DNA of 64,000 nucleotides from Epithemia pelagica (lineage: Eukaryota; Protista; Bacillariophyta): contig OX337234.1 of assembly GCA_946965045.2 (NCBI GenBank), positions 3,534,001 to 3,598,000 on the forward strand, read 5' to 3'. Shown piece after piece: positions 43,601 to 55,900 of this stretch; the stretch's first letter is position 1, and each line of letters starts with the position of its first letter. The translations under genes were made by a program, and so were the position numbers. Below the pieces are notes generated by a model, which was given only the letters and a program-made list of their open reading frames with translations, was not told the origin of the DNA and made no database searches.

Positions 43601-45867
43601 GTGCCACGGCATGTCGACGCCAAAATTCACGATGAGAGGTGGGTTTCGTTTGTTGCGCATCCATTTGACGGCTGAGCCATTGGGCCATGACGGCGACACT
43701 GCCGCTCGTCGTATTGGAGGACAAGTCCGTCTGGAGTGTGGGATTGTACAGTTCATCGGCTTGGAGCTTGGCCCGAAATGCTTGGTCCTCCTGCATCATT
43801 TCCTGGAGCGCGGCACGAGTCGTTCCAAAGGTTGTTTGTTCCAAAAAGCGTGCATAATCGTTTTTCATAATCTCATCTCGCGGTGTATCGGACGGTTGGT
43901 CTAGTGTCCGGTAGGCCAAGACATAGTAATATGGTACACCTGGGTTGGTTTGTTGAGTCGTTAACCCTCGCAAGGTAGTGGTGTGTGTGACATTCCTCTG
44001 CTTGTGGTAACGGGGATGCGCATCCAAGTGCCGGCGCCGTCTACGTTTGTTGGAGGGGGGTAGGGGCAACTCGAACGAACACACGTGTTGTTGTTTGTCG
44101 CATTCCATGTGGTGATAGAGTTGGTCCTCACGTGTTGCACCACCCCCTCGTCCTTGTGATGAATCGTAATAGTGATTGGAATAGACTTCCCAGGGTCGTC
44201 CTTGATAGGATCGCGCCACGGGAATCCACGATGTCGCGGCGGGGAACATGGATTTTGTGGCAATGGTTCGAGGGTTGGGCAAATAATTGGGCATTCGTCC
44301 CAACAAGCACAATCCCTGCGATGCACAGAACTTGAGACGCAGGGGAAAGGATGTGACTGGTGGGGACGAGGAGGAGATATCCGTAGTGTTCTTGGGGTCG
44401 GTGGTGGCTGCTGTAGTATTTTCGGTTGTGGTGGTGCTGGTATGGAGGGACAAGAGAGCCAGATCCAACCCCTCTAAATCCACGGCACAATCCCAAATTC
44501 TAGAAGAGGATGTATCATAGAACAGGCGACCTCCGGTAAAGTCTTGGTAGCCCCAGGGTGGTGCAGTCGTAGAAGGGTCGGATGGAGGAGTACCATCCTT
44601 GTTCTTGTCGTCTGGGGGCGGGTTATTGTTTGGTTTCGGTGTTGGTGTCGTGGTATTAGTATTCGTATTGGGGTCGGGGGAATTGGCTAACGAATCCTCC
44701 TCTTGTGCTTTGCCGTGTTGCCGATGCGACACGAGCAGGACGGGATTGGCCACGAGCAAGACGCCACAAAACACGACAATCAAAATCATCCAAAAGCGTT
44801 GCGTTTTGCAATCCGTGGCCGATTCCAATTGTCCATTGGACAAGCGTTGGGGAGGCGGCCACGTCGGCAAGATGGAATTCCACAAGGGTTGTGGATGATA
44901 GTGGGAATGGCCTTGATGAGACTGGAATTTGGCACCAGTTCCCTCGTATGTGTTTTCTGGCTGTGGGTCGTCGCCAATTTCAAATCGAGCATCGTACGAC
45001 AAGGATGATCCACCCACGGGGACAAGTTCGGATTGGGGAATGGCTTGTTGTCGAGGAGGACGACGTTGTAGCGTTTTGGGAACCCAATCGGTCATGCGAC
45101 GCCACATGGTTGGAGTAGTATTATTGGAGGAACTCAATTGCATGCTTCTCCAGTCTTGTGGTGATTGCGCATCGTTCGAATCGTTCGCTGGCTGTGTCGT
45201 GTGGAGATTGGTCGTCCAAAAAGACGACGACTGATTGTTGTTGTTGGCCGCCGACGATGACGAACCAAACCACCACGATCGTTTGTGGTGGTTGTGGTTC
45301 TCGTCTGGATCCACCACTTCGATTCGGGGATGCATATTGCTACTCGTGGGCATTTGGGATGGTTCGTTGGACGAAAAGGGCCAGGCAATGCCGGCATGAG
45401 GAGCGGGCGGGGGTGGTGCCGGTTGGGACAACCACAAGGGTCGGACATTGGGTTTGGCATGATGCGTCGTGGATGGTGCCGCCAAGGGATCTCCCGCCGG
45501 TGGATGGAAAGTCGACGAAGAGGACCACAACCAATGTCGGCCTTGCGAGTGTTGTGCTGGTGGTGCTTGCGCCGTCGGTGGTGTCGTGCGGACCTGGTCC
45601 GTCCCATTGCCATAGGTCCCAATCGTTTGTTGGTTCGGCGTTGTGGTTGTGGTCGTGTCTCGGGGCAGGGGTGCTCGACCACCGCCCAGTCTCCATCCGG
45701 ACCAGGTACTACTGGTACTGGCACTGGCCTGCGAACTGCCTCCGTGCGACCCATGGTCGTCCTCATGGTCGTCCACTGATTGTGGTGCTTGTGATGCTTG
45801 TGGTGCTGGAGGAGGAGGAGTGGGCGAGTGTTGTGCCGGTGAGGAGGAGGTGGAGGAGTTGGTGGCC

Positions 45868-45912
<45 letters not shown>

Positions 45913-46979
45913 GGCATAGTTGCCGAGGTGTGCGGGGGTTTGTGGTCCGGATGGGCATTCGGCTCGTCGGTCAAGGACAAGGTGGGCGGTTCCTTTTGTG
46001 ATGGTGTCGTCGAGTTTGTGGTTGTCAGGGGCGTCGTGGTATCGGAAATGGGACTCTTGTTGCCACTGGTGACAATGACGGCCGGCACGGAATCGGTCGA
46101 TGACGAATCACTGGAGGAAGCGTAGTAGTATTCCGCTTCTTGGAGTGGCGTCAAGGCAAGTTTGTAGTCGTGCAGTTCCTCGCGTCGACGTCGTTGTTGC
46201 GCCACGGCTGATGGCACGACCAATTGTTTCCACAACAAACTGGCTGGGGTCGGGGCACTTTTGGGGGTGCTCGTAGTGGTGGTCGTCGGAGCTGCCGCTG
46301 GACCAATCGTCAAGGGTCGACGACGTGGTTCGACTTGCTGCTGCTGCTGCAGAGATGACGATGGTTCCTCCATGGTACTGGGCCGGGTCCACGTGGTTTC
46401 TCGGGTTTGCTTGTGATAATAATACGTTTGACCCGACGAGGGATCCACAACAGACTGCCATGGATTGTCGAGTGTGGATGGTTGGGTGGGAGGATTCGTG
46501 GTTGTGTTGCTCGTATCATTCGCCTTGTGTTGCGTGGGAGAAGACCCAAAGCCGAGAAACAGGGCACTGGGAGAAAACAAGCGAGATTGGGTGACCGGGG
46601 CTGGTTGTGATTGCGGTTGTGATTGAGGTGGTTGGACTGCGGCGGCGGCTTCTTTGGACGGTGACGACGACGAAGACCACCACCATCCACCACTACTCTG
46701 TTTGGTCGTGTGGTGGTGATTGTGGTCCGTCGTTGTGGGAGCGGTCGTCGTGGTTTCGGGTACCCCTTGTGGTGGTTGTGGTTGCTGTGCTTGTGCTTGT
46801 GGAGGGATGGTTGGTGTCGTTGCCACCGTCGTTGTCGTTGTGGTTGGATTGACCGTGGTCGTCGGTCGTTTCCAGGTGGTTTGTCGTGTCGTGGCATGAT
46901 AATAATACGTTTGCCCCGATGTCGGATCGACCGTGGCCTTCCAACCTTCGGGCAGCACCAAGCCTGGAGAAGAAGACAT
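37665..46979 (-). CDS. WW-WW-TM-DUF1800-DUF1501 fusion protein, 4 exons, ~3005 aa
   Basis: Exons 43342-46979, 41741-43244, 41424-41639, 37665-41324 join in frame at GT-AG sites. Two WW domains; TM FWMILIVVFCGVLLVANPVLLV; DUF1800 motifs RFLEQTTFG, LRQRMAWALSQI, PDENFAREIMQLFTIGL, LKEPLLK; DUF1501 motifs AIVVLMLEGGLDSYN, WDHH, SEFGRTL...GSDHGWGG. Confidence 0.88.
45867..45911. repeat. (TTG)n microsatellite encoding poly-Gln in the WW-DUF1800/DUF1501 gene
   Basis: Run of about 15 TTG units, read as CAA (Gln) on the minus strand. Confidence 0.85.
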
Positions 46980-47660
46980 GGTCGAATCGAATGGCTTCTG
47001 GTTCTTGTTCGTTCGAAATCAGGAAATGGATGAGGCTGAGCTTTCTTCTTCTTCTCCTCCTCCTTCCTGCTGCTCTCTCTTTCTCTGTCTCTCTCTCTGT
47101 CTCTTTTTTTCTCGAGAGATGGAACCAAACAAAAAGAAGCAAAAATCGTTGCTCTCTCTCTTCTTGTGTGGATTCTTTGGATGCTTGTTCAAGAGCAATT
47201 TTTTTTTGTTGCTTGTCTCTCTCCTCTCCGTTGTGGCGAAGCACGCTCGAGGCGATAGAGTCTGACCGTCGTCTGTCCCGGTCTTTCCTGTGCCTCCACG
47301 TGGCACCGACTCGAGGCGGAGCGATCCATACGAGACAATTTTTTCCATTCGGATGACGGACGAACAAAGGTACCCCCCCCAATCGCACCCATATGCACCC
47401 CTACTACCTACAAGTAGTCGAAACGAGATGGTGTTGGCGAGTCGATCGCCTTGGTGGTGCCATGAGCGAGAGTCGATCGTGCGAGTCGAAACCATAGAGT
47501 ACACGCTTTCTAGTAATATATACAAAGGAGACTACACCACCTTGTGGTGGATGGACTTGGGAGTTTCGAATACACCAGTCATGGAATCTCTCTCTCTCTC
47601 TCTCTCTCTCTACATTCGTTCGAATCGGTAGTAGTCGTAGTACGTACGAAACTACTACTA

Positions 47661-50600
47661 CTACAACCCACAATTCACAATGGGCCGAATCCGAAACCGA
47701 ATCGAAGTTGTATCCACGGGAACTGTCGTACTGGAATCCGTAAACACACGGACCGTCAAGTCGTATCCAGTATTGAATCCAAGGCCAACCAAGAAAAGGA
47801 GAAAGAGATCAAGTCCAAAGTCGGCATCGGTCGAGCTGACAATACCCGCAAGGGGCCGTCCCTCATATTCCACCCGGGTGACCGATGCACTTTTATCGAG
47901 TCGAAATTGGGGAATTAATCGATTCGAAGTACACGGGACACGGGGGTTATCACCAGGAACGGGATTGCTCAACGAGTTCCCATAACTGTCCTCAATCCGA
48001 AAGGATTCAATGTCCGGTGGTGCCTCCGTCGGACGGTTGGAGGGACTGGAACTTGGTTGCAGAGTGGGATTGCTCGTCGGACTGGACGTTGGTGACTTGG
48101 TCGGACTGCTGGAGGGACTGGAACTTGGTTGCAGAGTGGGATTGCTCGTCGGACTGGACGTTGGGGACTTGGTCGGACTGCTGGAGGGACTGGAACTGGG
48201 TTGCAGAGTCGGACTGCTCGTCGGACTGGAAGTTGGGGACTTGGTCGGACTGCTGGAGGGACTGGAACTTGGTTGCAGAGTGGGATTGCTCGTCGGACTG
48301 GACGTGGGTGACTTGGTCGGACTGCTGGAGGGACTAGAACTTGGTTGCAGAGTTGGACTGCTCGTCGGACTGGACGTTGGGGACTTGGTCGGACTGCTGG
48401 AGGGACTGGAACTTGGTTGCAGAGTGGGAGAAGACGTGGGGGCATTCGTTGGTTCTTGAGTGGGACTGGAACTGGGAGATCGACTTGGCTCTGTAAAAGG
48501 ACGAGCGGACGGTGCCGAGGAAGGTTCCGCACTGGGAAATGTCGTGGGTTCTGCAGACGGCTCGTTGCTGGGAGAACGACTGGGTTCCAAGGACGGCTCA
48601 TCACTTGGTGCAGAAGAAGGATTTCTCGAAGGCGGATCCGACGGCGACGAGGAAGGTACCAAGGACGGTTCGTCACTAGGTACAGAAGAAGGACTTCTAG
48701 AGGGCGACTCACTGGGAGAGGACGACGGTGACATGGAGGGGCTGGTCGACGGGGCTTCACTTGGATTTAAACTGGGAGATAGACTAGGTTCCGTAGAAGG
48801 CTGATCCGATGGCAATGAGGAAGGTGCCAAGGACGGTTCATCACTAGGTGCGGAGGAAGGACTTCTAGAGGGCGACTCACTGGGAGAGGACGACGGTGAC
48901 ATGGAGGGGATGGCCGACGGGGCATCACTTGGGTTTCCGGAAGGAAGAGAGCTTGGTAATGAACTGGGAACGTCAGATGGACTCATACTTGGAGTCTCGG
49001 ATGGTTGCAAACTAGGATGGTCCGATGGCGATATCGAAGGTTCCTCGCTAGGAGACAAGCTTGGCTCAAAGCTTGGAATAGTCGACGGTAATCCTGACGG
49101 AATGGAGCTCGGTGAGTTGGATGGAAGAGAGCTTGGCTCGTCACTTGGAATTGACGAGGGCAAGGCAGAGGGAAGGAATGATGGGACTCCGCTTGGCATG
49201 TTTGAAGGGTTAATACTTGGCACTTGACTGGGGCTTTCACTTGGATTTAAGGATGGCCCTAAACTCGGAGGTAATGATGGAATGCTGCTTGGAAGTGAAC
49301 TTGGCAGTTCACTTGGGACCTGTGTCGGATTTTCCGAAGGCGTAGAGCTAGGAATTTCGGACGGTGCACCAGACGGCGTTACGGTTGGCACTCCAGTTAC
49401 TCCTGAAGGTCGTGCAGAAGGGAAGAAACTCGGTTCAGAACTTGGAGATGCTGATGGTTGCTGCGATGGTGCATCTGACGGGATACTGCTCGGGTTTTCG
49501 GACGGACGGTTACTTCGACTGGAAGATGGCATGAAACTCGGAGACGTGGTTGGTACGAAGGTTGGCTGTTCCGTCGTTGGGTCCGTGTTTGGTGCCCTGG
49601 TTGGTTCTTCGGTTCCTTCCGACGGCATAGCACTTGGACTTCGACTTGGACGAAATGATGGAGTTTTCGTCGGTTCGTCACTGGGACTGCTTGAGGGATA
49701 TAATGATGGTGACATGCTGGGTTCAACCGATGGGAGTTCTGACGGTAGAATACTTGGGGTGCTGCTGGGGTTATTCGAAAACATTACACTCGGACCCATT
49801 GATGGTTCGACACTTGGTTCTGATGATGGTAGATCCGACGGGGAAACAGATGGCACCATGCTAGGCTTGTCCGATGGTGTCGATGTGGGAAGTGAACTGG
49901 GACTCTCGCTCGGTGAAGACGAAGGCTGATCAGACGGCGTGATACTCGGAGACAAGCTAGGACTGTCACTCGGAGAAGACGAGGGCTGATCAGAAGGCGA
50001 AGAGCTTGGCGATAAAGATGGGAGGACACTTGGTGAATCACTCGGAGAGACGCTTGGAGAACCGGTAGGTGCCAAACTAGGACTTGAGCTGGGCAGCAAG
50101 CTTGGGGAAGATGAAGGATTTGTGCTGGGGATCATTGACGGCAAGCTACTCGGCACACTGGATGGCAAGGAACTCGGTACACTGGATGGAGTGCTACTCG
50201 GGGAAAGCGAGGGTATCGAAGAAGGGGAAGTCGACGGAGATGTACTCGGCACGTCGCTGGGAGCTTCTGATGGCTCTTGCGAGGGTATATCGGACGGGCT
50301 TTCAGATGGAGTCAACGTGGGATGATCCGAAGGCATCCAGGAAGGCAACCTCGAAGGAAGACTCGACGGCACAGCACTGGGAGCATCTGTGGGAGATACG
50401 GACGGGGTGTCCGATGGACGATCACTTGGTGACGATGAAGGTACATCGGTCGGAGACATACTCGGTAAAGATGATGGATTTTTTGAAGGAAGGAAAGATG
50501 GGATATCCGTTGGGTTCATAGATGGCTCTGTCGTCGGAATCTCACTAGGAAGTTGCGACGGGATTGCTGAAGGCGCGTCGCTGGGATCCAATGAGGGTTC

Positions 50601-53514
50601 GGAAGATGGTAGAGTACTCGGCATAACAGAGGGCTGGTCACTGGGGAACACACTTGGCTCATTACTGGGTACATCCGAGGGAGATGTCGATGGAGACTGG
50701 GACGGAAAGGCACTCGGCATGCTCGAAGGGTTACTGGAAGGGCTTTCGGAGGGACTGGAACTTGGTTCTCCAGACGGTTCACTGGATGGTTCACTGGATG
50801 GTCCTGACGACGGTGTCACTGTAGGCAATTCACTCGGGCTCAACGAAGGTTGTGAGCTTGGTAACTGACTGGGACTCTCGGAAGGTGTCAAGGATGGCGC
50901 GGAACTTGGGTTGTCCGATGGTTGTTCGGTGGCTGGGGAAGCCAACACAATTTCATCACGAATGGGTTCGGATGCCCTTGAAACGATGCTCTCACCATCT
51001 CCGCTGCCATCGCTGCCTTCGCTCCCACTACCATCACCGCCGTCTTCGCTCCCACTGCCTCCACTTTCACTGCCTCCGTCTCCGCTGCCTGTGCCTCCAC
51101 TAGTGCCGGGGGAATCTGCTGCTCGGATTGAAATCGGAGTCTCGAAAAAGATACTCGAAACTCGTTGTACCGCGACGCACATTTCCAAATGGATACAAAT
51201 CACTGTTTGAAAGCAGGTCCAAAACTGAAATCGATCCGACACAATGCATGCCTCCAAGGAATGCACCAAACGCCGATCATACAGATCTTGCATTTTATCA
51301 AAGACATTGGCAGGTTGTTCCAGTGTTTCACCATCACCATTGGGACCCATAGTGTAGAGCAAGGCCGCAGAGGACACGGCGTCCATCTCCACAGTACTGT
51401 CTTGGGGATCTAATCGGTCTTTCCTGTTGGACCTGTCAAAGACGTTTGCGGATCCTACCCCTGAAACGGATTGGGACTGCGGTATTTCATATGGCGTTGC
51501 TTCAGTCCCACTACTACTACTTGCACCTTGGTCCGCCATTCCAGTCGCTTTGGTCAGGGTGTCTACAGGTTGTGTCGTCCAGGGAGCACCATCATTCGCA
51601 GGGCCACTCCCATCAACCGCCGAGGATGAGAAGGCAAAGTTGAAGAGGTTGTTGGATGTGATACTGTCATTTGGCGTGGTAGCAGCAGTGGTAGATGAAG
51701 TAGTAGTAGATTCTTGTGGATCGGTAGTCGCTGGAGTCGTAGCTTGGGAGGTCGTCGCTGCAGTCGTAGCTTGAGAAGAAGTCGCTGGGGTGGTGGCCGG
51801 GGACGTAGCGTTGGTCGTGTCTTCGGCCGTACTACTGGTATCGACTTGCACTTCAAAGGTATTGCCTTGATCCAGTTCCAATTCATCAAACATGACGGAA
51901 CAGGAATCGCACCAATACCGAGCCGTCAAGTTGCATTGCAAGACGGTCGTATTAAACACACCGAGCGTCAAGTCACAACAGGGATGGGTGGCATTGCGTT
52001 CGGTCTGGCAATCCACTTGGACATTGGAAATGACACGTTTGTAGGGACTGTCACAACCCCCCAAACTGGTCATGTAGGTGGAATTGAACAAGTCGGCCAA
52101 CAATTCGCCTTCGTCCAAGGTGAGGGGTCGAAAAAGAATTTCCGTATCTTGTTGTTGTTGTTGGTCGTCCACCGGCAGAGGAGTGGCCATGAAATCGACC
52201 GTGAATTCTCCCATTTGATCTCGTTCCTGGACGACATTGGTACAATAGGGCATGACGACTGGTTCGGTGGTAAACATGGCACTGGCAGCCACGGCTGCCG
52301 TGGCTACCGCCGCCACGGCCGTGGCACTCGTCACTCCTGCGGTCGTCGTGGCAGCCGTCGTGGCGGCAGCTGCCGAAGCTGCGGCCGCACTCGCCGAAGT
52401 ACTTGCTGTCCATACGCATTGATTTCACGGAAACGCACAGAGACGACAAGAGAACCACAGACGAGTCACACAACTGTGAGAAAATTGTCTGGGGATCGAG
52501 TCGAGTCGAGTAGAGAAACAAAATCCAAATCACCAGCATAGTCATTGGTCCTCGGCACCATCAAACCTCAAACAATCACAATCACACACACAGAAGTAAT
52601 CCAATAGAGGAACGTACCTGCCGCGGCCGATCCAGCCGCATTGTTGGCCGCTGCCACGGCCATTTGTTGGAGTGCCACTTGCATTCTGACAACCACAACC
52701 ACAAACGACAAAAACAAGAACAAGAAAACATACACCAAAGAGACAACAGAAGAATGTGTGTGGTAAGATGGTTGATTTGTGTGTGGAGGTGTGCCGTTTT
52801 GAACTATCGACAGATAGATGCAGAAACACAAAACATCACGAAACCACCATTTTGAAATACATAGATATAGAGCACTTACTGTGTAGAGGAGGACGCCATG
52901 GCGCCGGCTCCGGCTCCTTGAGTTGTCGTCGTGGTGGCGACGGTCGCCGATTCCTTGATGATTCCGGCCGCGGCAATGACATCGTCTTCATCAACGACTT
53001 GGGCATCCTGCGTCAATTTGGTCAACATGGTGCCCAAGGCCATGGTGGTCGGTGCCAAGACCCCCCACAAGTGTTGCGATCGTGTCTTTTTCTTGTGTTC
53101 CACTACCTGTTCGTGTCGTTCTTCCATGCTATCTACCGAATTTTGGTCGTCGTTTTGTTCTGGCTCTTTTTCCTCCTCTTTGGTTGCAGTAGGAGCCGTA
53201 GCGCTGCCAATGAGTGGTACTGCGGCTGCTGCTACTCCGAGGGGGCGTTTCTTTTCTTCTTCTTCGTCATCTTCCTCACTGCTCTTGGTGTCCAAGGCAT
53301 TGGCAAAGCCCAAGTCCGACAAGCTATCGACAAAGGACGCTTGATCATCTTCGTTGCTAGTTGTTCTTGTTGTGGTGGTTGTTGTTGTGGTTGTTGTAGT
53401 GTTGGTGGGTGGCCGTGGAGAGGCTGCGGCCACGGAGGGTGGTGGATCGAGATAACTGTCCAAGGTGACGGACGATTCCGTGTCTTCCAGATAGGGCGAT
53501 GATGATGATGACAT
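47661..53514 (-). CDS. Mucin-like Pro/Ser/Thr repeat protein, probably membrane-anchored, up to 4 exons, ~1826 aa
   Basis: Main exon 47661-52405; upstream exons 52534-52566, 52618-52685, 52880-53514 join in frame (5481 nt; the exon 3 acceptor is an unusual GAG and skipping that exon also keeps frame). Ala/Val-rich hydrophobic segment, Cys-containing domains, ~1000 aa of PSxx repeats, small globular C-terminal domain. Confidence 0.75.
48030..48430 (-). repeat. 60-bp (20-aa) tandem repeat, about 6 copies
   Basis: [19 protein letters not shown](S/N) units that are near-identical at the DNA level. Confidence 0.9.
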
Positions 53515-54389
53515 GATGTTGTTGATGATGTTGATAGATTGGTGTTATTGGAAAAGAGACAGGTTGCAGCAACACAAATAGTGGTCCAGGAAGGAAGCAA
53601 GGGTTCTGGATGTCAAACAAGAGAGGTTCTTGTTTTGTGCTGTAGGCAATGGACGGATGCCGTTTGTCAATGACGATTCATGTAATAATAAAAAGGCCCC
53701 GGATGAATGGGAGGTCTCGATCCTCTCTTGTGCCAGATAAATAGAGAGAGAGAGAGACCCACACACTCTTGTCTCGACCGTGGGATGATAATAGAAGAGA
53801 TAATAGGAGATTGGTTGGAAATTGAAACTTGGAGCAACGGGTCGCTACGCAGAGATCGACGACATGACACATGACGAATGAGAGAGTATGTCCGAAAACG
53901 GAGGTGCGCTCTGCAATCGTGTCTTGGGTACTGATTGTGCGATACTGGAAGAGAAAAATGAGACCGAGTCTGCTTCAAGGCAGGTTATCGGTTATCGCTC
54001 ATGGATGGAGTATGGGTATGGAGTACATGGAGTGTGGTTGTGTTGGAACTTTGAGACAATAGCATCTGACTGGGAACTTTAGGATACTTATGCCTAGGAA
54101 TTTCCGATAGTACAGATTGGATGTAGAGTGAAACATGTTCTATTGCCCCTCTCTGAAATAGTTAACATTCACGCTCGGGATACGGGTTCGACTATGGACC
54201 AATGAGTGGAGCTCAACGCTCGTCCGACGCCGCTCCGGATATGGGATTCGCGTTGTGTACTCTTAGACTACGCTATAGTTATTTCAGTATCTTCTTCTCT
54301 TGTTTGCAGAGGCCCTCCCTCATTTTTTGATTGTTTCAAAAATCGTTTGGACGGTGATTCTGGGGAATTCTAGACCATACTGTTCCGGT

Positions 54390-54829
54390 AAAAAAGAAAC
54401 AAGGAGAAGCAACAACAACTCTTCTTGCACCAGAAAGGTCCAGTGTGATGGTTGGCACGGTTCGGCAATTCGTGTGGTGGGACTCATCCGAATCCAAGCG
54501 CAAGGGCAATCGGACACACCACCCACAACAACGCTGTTTGGAAAAAAAAAGAAACAAGAGAAGCAACAACAACTCTTCTTGCACCAGAAAGGTCCAGTGT
54601 GATGGTTGGCACGGTTCGGCAATTCGTGTGGTGGGACTCATCCGAATCCAAGCGCAAGGGCAATCGGACACACCACCCACAACAACGCTGTTTGGAAAAA
54701 AAAAGAAACAAGGAGAAGCAACAACAACTCTTCTTGCACCAGAAAGGTCCAGTGTGGTGGTTGGCACGGTTCGGCAATTCGTGTGGTGGGACTCATCCGA
54801 ATCCAAGCGCAAGGGCAATCGGACACACC
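54390..54829. repeat. ~155-bp tandem repeat, ~2.8 copies
   Basis: AGAAGCAACAACAACTCTTCTTGCACC recurs at 54405, 54559 and 54714; copies are near-identical and separated by A-rich tracts. Confidence 0.92.
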
Positions 54830-54929
54830 CGGGGGACACTCTGCCACTACACACTTGGAGGAGGAGCTTGGTGGTGGTACGAGACGAGAGATCTCGCGAC
54901 ACCACACATGTTCCGTCGTCCAAAAAACG

Positions 54930-55395
54930 TTCGAATGAAGCCGAGGTTCCATCCGATTGTTATTATTGGAGAGGCCCGATCGTGCGCCTTCTTCTTCTTC
55001 CTGGATGAGCCACGGCAATTCCTGTTTTGGTTGTCGCAATTGCTGCTTCATTGGCTGCTGCAGTAGCTGCTGCAATTGCTGCGTTGGTTGCTTCCTTGGC
55101 TGCGGCCCAATCCGTTGCTGCTGCTCCTGCCGATGCGCCTTGGAACTAACTGCGCCGATTCCACTGGGTGCTTGCTGGACGCCGTGAGTTGGGCGGGGAT
55201 GGCAGTGCCAGCGCCACGCGTTGGCGTGGGGAATGCTCCAGTCGGGCGGCTGTCGTTACAGGCAGGATTGTCCTTCACAGACAGACAGGAGTGGAAGACT
55301 CTCATCCATGCCACAGCTGCGGGATTCTCCTTCCATCCGGATTGCAACAAGGACGGCGGTAGAGCAGGTAGTATAGTCGTTTCCATGTTTGCCAT
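54930..55395 (-). pseudogene. Frameshifted paralogue of the 55901-56737 gene
   Basis: METTILPALPP ~ YPTTIPPLPP; PAQLTASSKHPVESAQ ~ PAKLMASKRRTHPVESAH; QELPWLIQEEEEGARS ~ RNLRWLLQEESARS, in different frames; shared upstream TGCCACAGCGATGCGAGA. Confidence 0.75.
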
Positions 55396-55900
55396 GCCAC
55401 AGCGATGCGAGAATGACGAAGTGTTTGGGTGGTGGTGACATCCCCAAAGAACCTTTCGATTTACCATCTCGTCGGTGGAAAACTTGAAGCAGCGTTGGGC
55501 GCCTCTCGTGACTCCAGCAAACAATAAGTATCGCATCATCCTTGGTAGCGCAGAAGCTGGTTCTTTTGATCCTTCACCGGAACCGATGGATTGGATACTC
55601 TTATTGTAGTGGGCTTTGGTCCTGTCTATAGTTCAACTTTATTCATTTTGATTGCTGCTATGGAGAATATGACGTAAATCAATTGATTCAATCGTAGGAC
55701 ACAGTGCCGTCTAAATTCTACTATACTTGTTCATTATGATTGCTGCTGCTAGGAAGAATGTTATGAAGCGTGTGGCTCGAGAAAAATGGTTTGGATGTTC
55801 CGCGTTGAACCGAGATGTGTATCATCCGCCGTCTCATTTCTCCCAACGACTCTTGCAAACTGCGAAACGGACTACAAGGAGGCACTACCCATTAGGGTAC

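Noticed and set aside
54150-54215. tRNA-like GGGTTCGACT (B-box-like) sequence
   Set aside because: No acceptor or T-stem pairing and no convincing A-box, so it cannot be folded as a tRNA.
54390-54829. Possible CRISPR-like array
   Set aside because: The units are wholly repeated with no unique spacers, the context is eukaryotic and no cas genes are present.
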